A stretch of 64,000 nucleotides of DNA. It comes from Octopus vulgaris. Its lineage: Eukaryota. Each line of letters begins with the position of its first letter. Position 1 is the stretch's first letter. A program made the translations under genes and the position numbers. The stretch covers positions 86,800,001-86,864,000 of the forward strand of contig OX597820.1 of NCBI GenBank assembly GCA_951406725.2, written 5' to 3'. The notes under the pieces are model-generated. The model saw nothing but the letters and a program-made list of their open reading frames with translations, made no database searches and was not told the DNA's origin. Of this stretch, positions 23,854 through 37,601 are shown piece after piece.

Positions 23854-26095
23854 TACATCTTTTATCTATATATATACATCTTGTTTCAGCCATTAGGTTG
23901 TGGCTATGCTGAGGTACTGCCTTGAAGATTTTTCAAGTCAAATGAATCAACACCAGTGCTTTTTTTTTTTAAGCCTGATACTTATTCTACCAGTTTTTAT
24001 TTTTTATTTTTACCAAACTGCTGAGTTACAGGGACATAAACACACCAACACTGGTTATCAAGCAATGGTACAGAACAAATATAGACACAAAGACAAACAC
24101 ACACACATACATATATACACATATAACTGTATACATACAAGGGCTTCTTTCAGTTTCCATCTGCCAAATCCACTCATAAGACTTTGTTCAGATAGGAGAC
24201 ACTTGTCCAAAGTGCTATACCACACAACCACAAGGTTCAGTCACCACTGCATGGTTAAGAAGTTCCCTTTCCACTAACTTGTGGTTTTAGGTTCAGTCCC
24301 ACTGCATGGCACCTTGGGCATATCTTCTATTGTAACCTATGGTCAACCAAAGCTTTCTATGTGGATATGGAAAAGAAAAATTGAAGAAACCTGGCTTACA
24401 TATACCATAGTACAGAAATATTGATTACTTAAAATCTAAAAATAATCAATATTTCATTACAATAATTCTTACCATTTATTTATTTACTTATTTATTCTAA
24501 ATTTACAGATTGGAAATTTTTAATAACCAAGTTATAATAATAGTTTTTTAAAAAAAAGATTTAGAGAGAGTTTTCTACAAAAGAAGGCTGAAATGGAATT
24601 AACGAGAAATGCTGAAAGAAAATGGAAGGCTGAAAACAAGAGCTTTTTACAGGAAATTGGAGATACTTGGCTACGTTTTCTACCAAATTAGTAATTTTCT
24701 TCTCAATTTATATTTAAAAAATATAGTTAGATTGTATATGCAGGCAAACCTAGAAATTGGCAAGATTAAATATCTATCAAATATAATATTTATATTAAAT
24801 ATTTATGAATATTTTTAATTTTTATAAATATATTCATAATATTTATAGATATATTCATAATATTTATTTATAAATTTTCATGAAATAATTCAACATATTG
24901 CTAATAAATACAATTGAATAATGGAAATTTATACAGTTTTTTCCCCATGTGTAATATTTAGATATAATTATTCAAGTAATTATGCCTATTCTATTTACAT
25001 TTTAGAAGGGAAATGAAGAAAGAGAAGGGAAAAGAAGGAAAGATAATTAAAAATGGAGATTTGTTAAAAAATTAGAAAGAAAATAGGTAAAATCTAGTAA
25101 GAAATAATAAGAAGTAATAGAAATAATCTTGCTAATATTTCAAGACATGGAAACAGTAATTTTTAAGTTGAAACCAGAGACAATACAAGAAAGTTTAATG
25201 AGAAAGATCATACCAACATCCTTGAAATAATTTTAATGTTCATTTTTTCAGGCTTTTATAGGCAGGACCAAATTTGTTGAAGCAGATTTTTCCAACCTTC
25301 ACCAGTTTTCAAGTAAGGTAATATTTCCCCCATGACCATCCATGTTTTCACAGAATATTGGAAACAAAGGACACTGCTAGCACTATGGTAACAGCCATTT
25401 ACAATTAACAGGTGATGTCAAGGCGAAGACACATTAATATACATACACACGCATGCGCACACACACATGTACACATACATACATGCATGCACATGCACGC
25501 ACACACACACACACATACATACATACAACAGGGTTATTTCAGTGTCAGCCCAAGGCTATAGTAGAAGCTACTTGCCGAAGGTATCATGGGGACTGAACCC
25601 AGAACCAAGTGGTTAAAAGCAAACTTCTTACCACACAACAACAATTGTGCCTCAATTTTATTTTTATTATGGCTTCACAAAATATAGACAGGCATCAGCT
25701 GCTACTTGTTTTGTGGAGCCTCTGATAATGGTGAAGGGAAAAGGTCAAAGAAACTATGAATCATGACTTATCTTCAGATCAAGGACCAGGTCTAAATATT
25801 TACAAAGTCCCTAAGAACTTGGTGGTGCTGAACTTGGTGGTGCTCGATGATTAGATTGAGTCTTGTAAACTGCTTCATTGGACTTGTACTCCAGCCACAT
25901 AGCTAGTCAAGAAATAAACAAGCTGACCATTAGGAAATCTCTGGCATCTCAACATTACATGACTTCTCTTATCCAAGTATCCAGAAATTTGAAAACGCTG
26001 TTCAAATAAGAGACCTCAAAGCAATATTTTGAAAATAAGATTATTAAATTTCAGTCAGTTAAAAGTTACCAGCATGTGTGTGTGTGTGTGTGTGT

Positions 26096-26137
<42 letters not shown>

Positions 26138-26439
26138 AAGAAGTTTGCTTCCCAACCACTTGGTTCTGGATTCAGTCTCACTTTGTGGCACCTTGGGCAA
26201 ATGTCTTCTACTATAGCCCTGGGCCAACCAAAGTCTTATGAGTAGATTTGGTAGATGGAAACTGAAGGAGGAAAGAGGAAAAACAGGAAAGTCCAAAGGG
26301 AAAGAAGGATGAAAAATTGCCAACAGTCCATGTGTGGTTACATTGCTGAAGTGAGCGGAAGTAGGAGGAAGAGTGTGAAGATGGTTGGTTGGTGAGTGTA
26401 TGTGTATGTGTGTGAAGATGGATGGTCGATTGTATGCAT

Positions 26440-26800
26440 GTGTGTGTGTATCTGTGTGTGTGGTGTGTGTATGGTAGCATGTGTGCATGTGGTGGTAACT
26501 GTGTGTGTGCTTGTGATTGTGTGAGTAGTCTGTGTGTGTGGTGTGTGTATGGTAGCATGTGTGCATGTGATGGTAACTGTGTGTGTGCTTGTGATTGTGT
26601 GAGTAGTCTGTGTGTGTGTGTGTATGTGTGTGTGGTGTGTGTATGGTAGCATGTGTGCATGTGGTGGTAACTGTGTGTGTGCTTGTGATTGTGTGAGTAG
26701 TCTGTGTGTGTGTATGTGTGTGTGGTGTGTGTATGGTAGCATGTGTGTGTGCTTGTGATTGTGTGAGTAGTCTGTGTGTGTGTGTATGTGTGTGTGGTAG
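26440..26800. repeat. TG-rich minisatellite (~80-90 bp units)
   Basis: GTATGGTAGCATGTGTG...GCTTGTGATTGTGTGAGTAGTCTG repeated four times. Confidence 0.9.
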
Positions 26801-27033
26801 GATCTGTGTGAGTGCGTCTTAATGTTGCTCTGAGAGGTCAGCAGCTATAGTGACAGGTGTGTGGATGGGTGGGTGTGTGTGTTTGCATGTGTGCATTGAC
26901 GGAAGGGTCAATATTGAGTCAGAGGCAGTGTGAAGGGTGTGTGTAGGCTGTGTGTTGGCATGTGTGCATAGACTGAGTGGGAATGTATGTATGTGTGTGT
27001 GTGCACATGTGTATGAGTGTGTGTGTGTCTCTC

Positions 27034-27074
<41 letters not shown>

Positions 27075-27075
27075 G

Positions 27076-27116
<41 letters not shown>

Positions 27117-27459
27117 ACATGTGAGTGTATGGGGGGGAATGTCTATGCATGTGTGAGAATCTGTGTGGAAGTGTATGTACATGCTTGTGTGCATGTGTGT
27201 GTGCATTGTATGTGTTATGTGTGTGGAGATATATGTGCGTGATCATGTGTGTGTGTATGCGTGCATGCAGAAGAGAGGGGTGAGGTGGAGTGTGAGGTGC
27301 GTTAGTGTAGCTAAGGATGTGGGCATGCATGTGTGTGTGGTGTGTGTGTACATGTGCATGTGCATGTGTGTGTAGTGTGTGTTACAGGAATATAAAAATA
27401 ATATAAATATATAATGAAAAATAAAAATTAGTAATAACAAAATAAATGAGAAAGATTAT

Positions 27460-27672
27460 TCTTTTATTCTTTTACTTGTTTTAGTCATTTGACTGCGGCC
27501 ATGTTGGAGCACTGCCTTTATTTGAATGAATTGATCCCAGAACTTATTCTTTGTAAGCCTAGCACTTATTCTATTAGTCTCTTTTGCTGAACTGCTAAGT
27601 TACAGAGGCGTAAACACACCAACATTGGTTGTCAAGCAATGGTGGAGGGACAAATGCAGACACAGTAAACAT

Positions 27673-27733
<61 letters not shown>

Positions 27734-27880
27734 ATGAGTGTTTTTCAGTTTCCATCTACCAAATCCACTCACAAGGCTTTGGTTGGCCCAAAGCTATAGT
27801 AGAAGACACTTGCCCAAGGTGCTACGCAGTGGGATTGAACCCAGAACCATATGGTTGGGAAGCAAACTTTTTACCACAGC
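27460..27880 (-). mobile_element. Family A SINE
   Basis: Collinear with 13934-14333. Confidence 0.85.
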
Positions 27881-28029
27881 AAAAAAAAAATCAGTAACAG
27901 AAACAAATAAAAATAATTAAAATAAAATAAAAAATAATAAAATAAAAGATTAAAAAAATAAATGAATAAAAATAAGATAGAATAAAATATTTCTTTTAAA
28001 GAGGGGTGTGGGGCAAGTCACTGAGAGGC

Positions 28030-28320
28030 AAGAGTTATGTTGAGTCCGAAAGGGTATTAGTGCATAGAGTGAAAAGGTAATGCTGTTCCAGGCGAAGTCT
28101 AGAATTGGTGGATCCATGGTGTAGGGCAACTCTGATGATAGTGAGGTCTGGGGTGGAGTGGTTGGCCAAGCAAAAATGATAGGCGATGAGGGTGTTCTTA
28201 CATAGGGGAACATCTAATAGGTGTTCGGTGAACCAGTCAGCTAGCCAGTGGCCCGTCTGACCAATGTAAAGTTTATTGCAAAGATTGCACATGATACTGT
28301 AAATGAGGCTAGGAGTTCCT
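28030..28320 (-). mobile_element. Penelope-like element GIY-YIG endonuclease fragment
   Basis: LIYSIMCNLCNKLYIGQTGHWLADWFTEHL...IAYHF...RLRLEQ: GIY-YIG with CxxC and downstream His residues typical of PLEs. Confidence 0.8.
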
Positions 28321-28865
28321 AATGAGGAGGGTGTGCTGGTTGGATCCAGCGAAGGAGGTGGTGCTGATGATATGTGTGTGTGTGTATACATATTAATATA
28401 ATCTTTTAATATCAACTTTCTATGCTGACATGGGTAGGATGGTTTGACAGGAAACTGACAAGCTGCTGGGCTGTGTCAAGTTCCACTATCATCTTTGGCA
28501 TGGTTTCTATGGCTTCCTAATGCAAACAACTTTACACGTGTACTGGGTACTTTTTCCATACTACCAATAAGAGTTTATCTTGTAACTTGCCAGACAAACA
28601 AGAATAAACAAAAAAAAAGAAATGGGAAACGCTGCCACCACTAAGAGGAACTATTTGGAAAACGGAAGGTGACAGTGGGTAGCTGAATGCCAGTTGTTGA
28701 AAGGCTAAAGTATGATAGAGGGACAAGCACAAGTGTCTTACTAAAGAGAAGATACAGGGCTGAAGGAGATAAGAGGAAGGTAGGGACGTGGTACTAAAGT
28801 GGACTGAAAGAACAAGGTGAGCATCAGAGAGGATGCAGACAATGGGTCATGGGAGGAGATGAGAG

Positions 28866-28897
<32 letters not shown>

Positions 28898-29199
28898 TCT
28901 CTCTTTTTATTCTTCAAAACGTAATGGTTATGACAGTTCCATTTTTCTTAACAAGGTTCTTTACATTTTTATTGAATCATGAAATGGCAAGTTTATGGAG
29001 CTACAAGGGTTGGAGAGTAGAGGATAGAAAAGACAATGTTCTTAGCACACTCGCCTTCTCCACATTCACAGATGGTTACGCCAGTCTTGTAGTCCTATCT
29101 GACCAGACCCATTTTTGGTTATCCCATTCTCATTCTCAGGTGGCTCAGTGTCATTCACTTAAGCAATGATGCTTCTGAACCAGAATGGAGATCTTCAGT

Positions 29200-30470
29200 A
29201 GGGATATTTCCATGTCAGTTGCAGGCAGTTCACTCTCAAATTGTTCAGTCCAAATCTAGGGTCTGGTCTCTTCCCAAGATGTAGTTAAGGGCTGGGCATG
29301 ACTGAAGAAGCATTTTTTTTTACTGCAGTCATTGATATCTGTGGAGAAGTTAAGATTTATCGCTAGTAGCCCTTGTCATCTCAATTCAACTCTGGCCACT
29401 TCTTATCTGATATTAACAGGAGCAGCAATGCCATTGAGGAGGTGTGGGTTGCTTATGCTGATGGGATTCATGCAGCTAGTGATTAGGTGGCAGGGGTTGT
29501 TTAATGCTGGGTCAAGTTTTTTAGGTTGATTTCTCCCACACAGAACACATACTCTGTAAAGGAAGAGTACAAGGTCAAAGCAGCAGATCTAATTGCCCCC
29601 TCATTTAGGTGTTTTTAAGGAACCAACTTTTAATTTGATGTTTTTGACATGCTCCTCCAAGGAGAGTGTGGTCCAAGGTTACTTCAAAGTAATCAAAGTA
29701 GGTAGTGTTCCCATGATATTCCAGACCATTTGATGTTAAGAAGTCAGCTACTTTCACTTTTCCTGAAATGGAATGAGCACATTTGAGTTTTTGAGGATTG
29801 GTATGTAGGTGGTATGTTCATAATAAAGGAGTAGATCATATAGGTCTGATTTGAGATTTGCTTCCACTGCTTTAAATGTACCCTTTTCAGATATATATTA
29901 GCGACAGAGGCAGTATTAGTATTTACCTGCACTTAAGCATGGATGTTCTGTTAGAACAAACTATACTGTGGTAGTTACCATGAGATCATATTGGCTTTTT
30001 GATCCAAAATGTACTCTTGTTTATATCACTAGCAATGAGATAAACCCATGCCATCTTCAACACCGAGACTGCCAGATTGTGTGATTTCAACCTTGTTTAG
30101 TCTTGTCAATGACGGACACCCAACAAAGATACACTTATCTTTTAGGAACATTCCAATGAGGTCTGTAAGCACCAGGTCTTTTGTCAACTCCCAAGACACT
30201 TTTCAAATGGAGGCAGTGATTCATAGTCATACGTGGCAGACAGATCGATAAAAACAGCTCCTGTTATCAGTCCTTTTGAAGACCCAACCTCAATATGCCG
30301 AATGAGATTCAGAAGTTGACTTGTAGATCTGTCAGGTTGAAATCCAGCTTGTTGAGAAATGATGGCTGGTTCAACAGCAGAAGCACACCTGTTAAGAATC
30401 AGATACTCATAGCAGAAAGGTTGGATGGAAGTTCTTTGAAGATACTCCAATATCCGTTTCATTGATGGTT
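29200..30470 (-). mobile_element. Decayed RTE/RTEX-like LINE RT region
   Basis: ORF 30184..30474 has QQAGF...ITGAVFIDLSATYD (RT motifs); further remnants at lower coordinates are frameshifted. Confidence 0.7.
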
Positions 30471-30517
30471 GCAAGGTGCAATATTTTTACCTTTGTGATA
30501 TAGTCACGAAACTAAAT

Positions 30518-31470
30518 CATCATCATCATCATCATTTAACGTCTGCTTTTCATGCCAGCATGGGTTGGACGATTTGACTGAGGACTGGCGAACCAGGCTC
30601 CAATCTGATCTGGCAGAGTTTCTACAGCTGGATGCCTTTCCTAACGCCAACCACTCCGAGAGTGTAGTGGGTACTTTTACGTGCCACCGACACGAGAGCC
30701 ACTGAGGCAGTACTGGCAACGGCCACGCTCAAATGGTGTTTTTTACATGCCACCTGCACGGGAGCCAGTCCAGCGGCATTGGCAATGACCTTGCTCGAAT
30801 GTTTTTTCATGTGCCACCAGAACAAGTGCCAGTAAGGCGATGCTGGTAATGATCATGTTTGAATGGTGCTTTTTACGTGCCACCAGCATGAAAGCCAGTT
30901 TGCTGCTCTGGCAACAATCATGCACAGATGGTGCTCTTAGCGCTCCACTAGCACAGATGCCAGTCATCGAATTTGATTTCAATTTAACTTGCCTCAACAG
31001 GCCTTCGCAAGCAGAGTTTAGTGTCCAATGAAGGAAAGGTACACATAAGTGGGTTGGCTACACCCCTGGCTTAGGTCACGAGGTTATGGTCTCTCTTGGC
31101 TTGCTGGGTCTTCTCAAGCACAACATATTGATTTGAATAAGTTATTACATCAATGGAAATCGTAGCTGTGATACCAGTGCCGGTGGCACATAAGACAACC
31201 ATCCGAACGTGGCCATTGCCAGCGCCGCCCCGACTGCCTCCGTGGCAGTGGCACGTAAAAAGCACCATCCGATCGTGGCCGTTTGCCAGCCTCGTCTAGC
31301 TCGTAAAAAGCACCCACTACACTCATGGAGTGGTTGGGCATCCAGCCGTAGAAACATTGCCAGATCAGACTGGGCCTGGTGCAGCCTCCTGGCTTCCCAG
31401 ACACCAGTTGAACCGTCCAACCCATGCCAGCATGGAAAGCGGATGCTAAACGATGATGATGATGATGATT
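30518..31470. mobile_element. Two oppositely oriented family D SINE-like segments with (GAT)n tails and internal GGCACGTAAAA repeats
   Basis: 30518-30700 is the reverse complement of 31300-31470; same family at 56330-56540, 61880-62415 and 63225-63403. Confidence 0.75.
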
Positions 31471-31479
31471 ACAAGGAAA

Positions 31480-32481
31480 CAGAAAACTCTTGTTGATTGT
31501 AAATCATTTGTCACTAACTTCATTTCGAAATTGGTGCTGTATAAGACTAACATTTCAAAACATCAATTTCCTTAATTCCCACAACTTGATTCTTTAAAAG
31601 ATCAATTGATTGATGAGGATTTAACTACATATCGCAACTATTACAATCATTGCATGATGGCATGGTGGAGCGATTTCAAGATGTTATTGCACTGAATATT
31701 CCAAACTGGTATAGCAATCCATTTGAGGTCGATGCAGTTGATGCGAGGATGATGATCAGGATGAATTGATAGAATTACAAAATGACAATGATGCCACACT
31801 GTGATATTACTGTAATGGCAAAGGTTTGTGGTACCATCAAAGTATATTGAATTCTTACTCCCAATCTGTAGAAACGTCTGAAATTACTTTTGCTTGCCTT
31901 CCCTACCTCGTATCTGGTTGAATCTGGTTTTAACCATGTTGGAACTTTACTTTCCCATAAAAGAATTGGACTGGATGTAACACAACAAGGAGACTTGCAG
32001 CTAAAGTTGACAAATTTGAAACCGAATGTATTTGCACTAGCTGCATCGCACCAGACACATGGTTCTCATTAAAAAGTTGTACTCTTTTCCTTTATAATTC
32101 AATCATTAATTATTTTTGCATCGGTAGTTCTGGTCAATAGTTCATTTGGGGAAAATAAAACCAAGTGTAAAAGAAAGCGCAAGTTTATTAAAGTTAATCT
32201 GTCTGCATAATATAGAGTTAATGTTAGAATTTTATTCACACTAATGGCAAAACTAAACCCACAATAAGGGATTTGTAAACAACTGCATATTTAGTCCAAA
32301 CGGCACTAACCGGGCAACGAATATACGACATAGTGTGTGTGTGTGAAATGATACAAGGGGGTTCTCCTAGGGTTAGGGAGAGTTGTGTCAAGATTTTTTA
32401 AACAGATGGGCGATGGAGCATTTTTTTTGGCTGATAGGTGGGTGATATTGCAATTTGGCATGAAAAGTTTGGGAAACACTG
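31480..32481 (+). mobile_element. hAT (Buster/Charlie, ZBED8/SCAND3-like) transposon 3' remnant
   Basis: LAFPTSYLVESGF...GDLQLKLTNLKP...HQTHGSH C-terminus; terminal AAGTTTGGGAAACACTG (reverse complement CAGTGTTTCCCAAAC). Confidence 0.8.
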
Positions 32482-32744
32482 GTATAGATGAATATGTGTG
32501 TGTATAATTTTTACTCAAAGTTTCATTATCACTGGTAGCTACTCCGTTCCAAAGTGCTGATCAGTATAGATATAGCTTTAAATAAAAATTGTTCAGCACT
32601 ACTTGCTTAATTGTATACACTAACATTTCTCAAGAAGATAGTTAATATTATCATGACGAGGTGAAAGGGATATCTTACATATTAAAACTGAAAACGTCTG
32701 TGTGTGTGTGTATCGGTATGTCCGCATTTTGCACTAAAACGGCT

Positions 32745-33299
32745 TGTAGTGACGTTATACAACAGTGCGCGCGCGCAACGTCATTTTCAGTGTGCGGGTG
32801 CGGGACGTCCTTCTTCAGTGTGCGTGTACGGGGTTGGAGCCTTCTGGAAAGGCAGAAGATAAGTGCCCTCTCGGAAATGCACGAAGACTGAAGAAGGAAT
32901 TGCTGATGTGGCATTAGCTGATAGGCGAGGGACAGCGTTCCCTTAACAAGGGCACAGAGAGACACGCATAGCAGCAGAAGCAGAACGCCTTCATACGAAA
33001 TTGTGGCAGACCTATTTTCTCCGCTGTCTCTGGACGCTAAGATTTGACCTGCTCTGTTTTGCTGCTGAACTTGTTGTAAGATTCTTACAAGTGTTAAAGT
33101 TCAGCCTTGCCACACCAGAACCAAGTGGATACCAATATACCACCTTACTTCTTTCTGTGAATAAGAAAATAAAGAATATATATATTTTAAGGTTGCGTTC
33201 GTGTTCCTTGACTGGTAGATTCTGGAAATTAAAGAACGGAAATTGTGTTGCACCTGGGTTGCACCCCAAAAGTGTAAGAAGCAACGAGTTCCCGTTACA
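32745..33299 (+). repeat. 5' LTR
   Basis: TGTAGT...GTTACA, 555 bp; direct repeat of 37813-38367. Confidence 0.97.
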
Positions 33300-33300
33300 G

Positions 33301-33312
33301 TGGTGACCCCGA
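33301..33312 (+). other. Primer-binding site for tRNA-Trp
   Basis: TGGTGACCCCGA is complementary to the tRNA-Trp 3' end TCGGGGTCA-CCA, 1 nt after the LTR. Confidence 0.9.
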
Positions 33313-33714
33313 GTTCTGGTCATAGACCAGAGAACACTCAACAAAGATCTAGTTTCTACCGAGTCTGAACCACAATCAACCTGCACAGTCATCATCTTTC
33401 AACAATTTGTTTCCAGTCGCCTCAAACAGTTTCAGCTATTTCATCTTAGCACACACGCACGAAAAAGAAAAAAAAAATTTTTTTTCGTTTAAGACGCGAC
33501 GAAGGTTGGTAAAAAAAAAAAAAAAATTATTCTCTGTGCACACAGTACAAAAAAAAAAACCATTTTTTTTGTAAATTGCACATATAAAAAATTTTATTGG
33601 TTCAATTGCTGGTCTTTCTTTTTCCCTTTTTCCTTGTTGCGTCTGTTCAACGTTGATTCGTTGTCAGTTTACCTTTCCTTTGACAGAATCATCTAAAAGT
33701 TAAAAGCTATAAAA

Positions 33715-34443
33715 ATGTCTCTAACATCATTACCTAATTTCACAGGTGATGCCACACTGTGGTTTGCGCAGCTAGAGGCACAATTTTGTGCACATAATGT
33801 TTCTTCTCAGTAGCAGTTGCAAATCCTGTATGGTTGTATGCCTCCTCAACTTGCAACTACTGCCAGAGATCTTATCACAGATCCTGGCCCAGACGCCACT
33901 TATGCGTCTGTTAAATTAGAAGTGGAGAAGAGGAACACTAGAAGCGAGGAAAGTCGCTTCAATGAATTAATGGCGGATGGGGAGTTGGGAGATAGGACTC
34001 CTTCTGAATTTTTGAGAAGACTAAGAGAGTTGAGCGGTAAAGCTGCAGACGCTCCTCTCCTTCGAAAAAAATTTTTTTCAAGGTTGCCCGCCTATATACA
34101 AACTGTTTTGGCAACCGCTTTAGAGTCCAATACCGTGGACCATATAGCAACAATGGCAGATAAAATGGTTGAATTTGCCGTTCAACCATCGTCACGGTCT
34201 GCTTGTGTCTGCTCACAAGCTTCTTCAGCCTCATTTGAGGGACTTTCTAAACAAATAGAAAGTCTCACCAAAAGGATGGACGCGATGGCAAGCGATGGCA
34301 AGCGATTTTCAAGATCGCGGAGTCGCAGTCGTTCATCGTCACGTTCCACACAGTCAAAGTCCGGACTGTGTTGGTATCACTCCAATTTTGGAGAGAAAGC
34401 ACATAAGTGCATACAGCCATGCACCTATAAACCTTTAAACTAG
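33715..34443 (+). pseudogene. gag: gag with premature stop
   Basis: ATG 33715 MSLTSLPNFTGDATLWFAQLEAQF, in-frame TAG at 33811-33813, continues into ORF 33817..34443 ending in RS repeats and CWYH-x9-C-x3-C. Confidence 0.9.
34434..34440 (+). promoter_or_regulatory. -1 ribosomal frameshift slippery heptamer T TTA AAC
   Basis: Directly before the gag TAG; the -1 frame (CTA GCT TCG GAG AAT TTG) is open into pol. Confidence 0.8.
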
Positions 34444-37400
34444 CTTCGGAGAATTTGAGCACGTCAACTTCCTCCACATCATTTTCTAGTTATCGTGCAT
34501 TTTTCGTCAAGGATCAAGTGTCGAAGAAAAACTTCATGGTGGACACTGGTTCTTGTTGCAGCATTTGGCCTCTGCGTCTCACAACCGACAGGCCAAAACG
34601 ATCTAATGTTACATTGCACGCTATTGATTCGTCACCAATAGCCACATTCGGTCAGATCTCTTTACGCCTTAACATTAATCTTCGTCGAGATTTTCAATGG
34701 GTTTTTATCATTGCTGACATTCAGCATCCTATTTTAGGTGCGGATTTTCTAAGTAATTTTGAATTATTGGTAGATGTCAGACGTCGGAGACTAGTCGATA
34801 GTTCGACTACACTCTCCACGCCGACCAGAGAATCTACCGATTCAGCTCTTAGCCCGACATTTTTTGTTTCTACATCTGGAGACGTTTTTCACTCTCTTTT
34901 GTCCTCTTTTCCAGAGCTACTTGATGTTACCTTTAAAGTGGCAAAGCCATTACACTCGACACAACATTTTATTACAACTACTGGGCCGCCTGTTTTTTCG
35001 CGCCCACGGCGTCTTGCACCTGACCGTCTTAAAACGGCTAGGGCTGAGTTTGAGCATATGCTCCAGTTTGGTCTGATACGCCCATCCACCAGTCCATGGG
35101 CATCACCCCTTCATTTAGTTCGAAAAGGGGATACAGATTTTCGCCCGGTGGGAGATTATCGGCGTCTAAATTCTGTGACGATTCCGGACATATATCCAAT
35201 AAGGAATCTCAATGACTTTTCAGCAAATCTTCATGGCTGTACCATTTTTTCTAAGGTTGACCTCATACGTGCTTATCATCAAATACCGGTCAACCCAGAC
35301 GATGTTCCTAAAACGGCAATTACCACTCCTTTTGGCTGTTTCGAGTTTTTGTATATGAGTTTTGGTTTGCGGAACGCTACTAGTACGTTCCAACGTTTTA
35401 TAGATGAAGTTGTTCGTGGACTTGATTTTGTTTTCGCGTATGTCGATATTCTCATCGCAAGTGATACGCATGAGAATCATCTCCGGCACTTGTCTCAGCT
35501 TTTTCAGCGTCTTCGCGACTATGGTGTTCGCATTAATCCAGACAAGTGTGTTTTTGGGCAACCATCTCTTGATTTTCTCGGTCATTATATTGATTCGAGT
35601 GGAATCAAACCACTCTCGTCTAAAGTCGATGCTATTCAGCGCATCGCACCACCCTCTTCTTTGCGTCAACTTCGCCATTTTTGGGGTATAGTTAATTTCT
35701 ATCGACGTTTCATAAATCGGTGTGCGGACAAGTTGTTTCTTTTAACGCAGATGCTAAAGGGCAATTCTAAAAAGGACGCCCGCCTTACTCTTTCAGCTGA
35801 AGCACTGTCTGCCTTAGAGTTAGTTAAAAAGGAACTAGCTTCAGTCCCTGTTTTAGCACATCCGGCTCCTGATGCTCCACTTACTTTATCTGTGGACGCA
35901 TCAGATTCTGCAGTTGGCGCTGTTTTGCAGCACACCGTAGAGGGTGAAGCTAAACCTTTGGCTTTCTTTTCTTGCCAGCTAAAGCCAGCTGAACGCAGAT
36001 ATAGTACTTTTGATCGAGAGTTACTAGCGATCTATCTGTCAGTTCGGCATTTTCAGCACCAGCTCGAGGGACGAGAGTTTGTGATTTATACTGATCACAA
36101 GCCCCTTACTTTTGCACTATCTTCTAAAACGGATAAACTCTCTCCTCGTGCTTTCTGTCACCTGGACTATATTTCTCAATTTACAAGTGATATTAGGCAT
36201 GTGCCAGGGAAGGAGAACGTCCCAGCTGATGCTCTCTCTAGACTCCCTGTCAATTCCATTTCCTCTCCTGCAGCAATTGACTTAACTGCTATTTCGCAGG
36301 ATCAACCACCTTTAGAGGAGTTGGATTTAACTTCGCCTAAGTTTATTAACTGTAAGTTTGCCTACCGACCGCTCCCTTCAGCAGAAGGCTCTATTCTTTG
36401 TGACGTCTCTACCGGTTCACCTAGACCATTAGTACCTGAGAAACATCAACGTTCTGTGTTTGATGCTCTTCATTCACTGTCACATCCAGGTATCTCTGCC
36501 ACAGTAAAGCTTGTTACTGCTCGGTTCTTCTGGCCCAATATGCGACGATCAATTACCTCTTGGGCACGCTCTTGTTTGAGGTGCCAGAGTGCTAAGGTCC
36601 ATAGACACGTTCGTGCTCCACTTGGACAGTTTTCTTCTCCTGAAGCCCGTTTTCGCCATGTCCACCTTGATTTGGTTGGACCATGGCCTGTGAGTCGCGG
36701 GTTCTCATATATTTTAACTTGTATTGATCGTTTTTCACGTTGGCCGGAAGCTATTCCCATAACAGACATTTCTGCTGAAACTGTTGCGAAAGCTTTCGTG
36801 TCTAATTGGATTTCTAGGTATGGTGTACCGTCCAGTTTAACCACAGATCGTGGTCGACAATTCGAGTCTGCTTTGTTTCGTGAGTTATCACGAATCCTGG
36901 GGATGCATCATATACGCACCACTAGTTACCACCCCGCTTCTAATGGGATGGTGGAGCGTTTCCCCAGGCAACTTAAGGCCGCGTTGCGTGCCTCACCGAA
37001 TCCACAGTCGTGGACTGAATTTCTACCTATCGTCTTGCTTGGATGTCGGACTGCGATTAAAGCAGACCTTGGTTTTTCGTCTGCCGAGCTCTTGTATGGT
37101 ACCACACTGGCATTGCCTGGTACGATGTTGGTGCCAGACAAGTCACTGTCTCTTAATTTAGAGTCTTATGTTGCTCGACTACGCAGATATTTTTCTGCCC
37201 TTCCTCCTATGGACCCTCGACACCAAAATCCTCCTTCTGGTGTGCCATCAGATCTTAATTCTTGGACGCATGTTTTTGTACGTGATGATTCTGTCAAAGG
37301 ACCTCTTGTTACTCTTTACAAAGGACCTTTTCGTGTGATTTCCCGCACGCCGAAGGTATTCAAAATTGACATTAACGGTCGTTCGGAGACCGTCTCCGTA

Positions 37401-37601
37401 GATCGCCTTAAAAGGGCATATTTTGAGGTGTCCACATCTTTTGATGACCCCACGGCCACAACCATCGTTGAACCATTCACACATGCACCTACCACAACAC
37501 AACCTTCGTCGTCGCAGCCCGCCTCGAACAAATCTTATGTTACGAGGTCAGGCAGAACTGTTCACTGGCCAAAAAAACTTTCAAAAACTATTTATATTTG
37601 A
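34440..37601 (+). CDS. pol: pol polyprotein (protease, RT, RNase H, integrase); RT probably inactive
   Basis: VDTGS protease; RT with YVD-I instead of YVDDI; RNase H VDAS/ELLA/TDHKPL; integrase HHCC, D-D-E and GPF motif. Confidence 0.93.
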   Translation, partial: LASENLSTSTSSTSFSSYRAFFVKDQVSKKNFMVDTGSCCSIWPLRLTTDRPKRSNVTLHAIDSSPIATFGQISLRLNINLRRDFQWVFIIADIQHPILGADFLSNFELLVDVRRRRLVDSSTTLSTPTRESTDSALSPTFFVSTSGDVFHSLLSSFPELLDVTFKVAKPLHSTQHFITTTGPPVFSRPRRLAPDRLKTARAEFEHMLQFGLIRPSTSPWASPLHLVRKGDTDFRPVGDYRRLNSVTIPDIYPIRNLNDFSANLHGCTIFSKVDLIRAYHQIPVNPDDVPKTAITTPFGCFEFLYMSFGLRNATSTFQRFIDEVVRGLDFVFAYVDILIASDTHENHLRHLSQLFQRLRDYGVRINPDKCVFGQPSLDFLGHYIDSSGIKPLSSKVDAIQRIAPPSSLRQLRHFWGIVNFYRRFINRCADKLFLLTQMLKGNSKKDARLTLSAEALSALELVKKELASVPVLAHPAPDAPLTLSVDASDSAVGAVLQHTVEGEAKPLAFFSCQLKPAERRYSTFDRELLAIYLSVRHFQHQLEGREFVIYTDHKPLTFALSSKTDKLSPRAFCHLDYISQFTSDIRHVPGKENVPADALSRLPVNSISSPAAIDLTAISQDQPPLEELDLTSPKFINCKFAYRPLPSAEGSILCDVSTGSPRPLVPEKHQRSVFDALHSLSHPGISATVKLVTARFFWPNMRRSITSWARSCLRCQSAKVHRHVRAPLGQFSSPEARFRHVHLDLVGPWPVSRGFSYILTCIDRFSRWPEAIPITDISAETVAKAFVSNWISRYGVPSSLTTDRGRQFESALFRELSRILGMHHIRTTSYHPASNGMVERFPRQLKAALRASPNPQSWTEFLPIVLLGCRTAIKADLGFSSAELLYGTTLALPGTMLVPDKSLSLNLESYVARLRRYFSALPPMDPRHQNPPSGVPSDLNSWTHVFVRDDSVKGPLVTLYKGPFRVISRTPKVFKIDINGRSETVSVDRLKRAYFEVSTSFDDPTATTIVEPFTHAPTTTQPSSSQPASNKSYVTRSGRTVHWPKKLSKTIYI

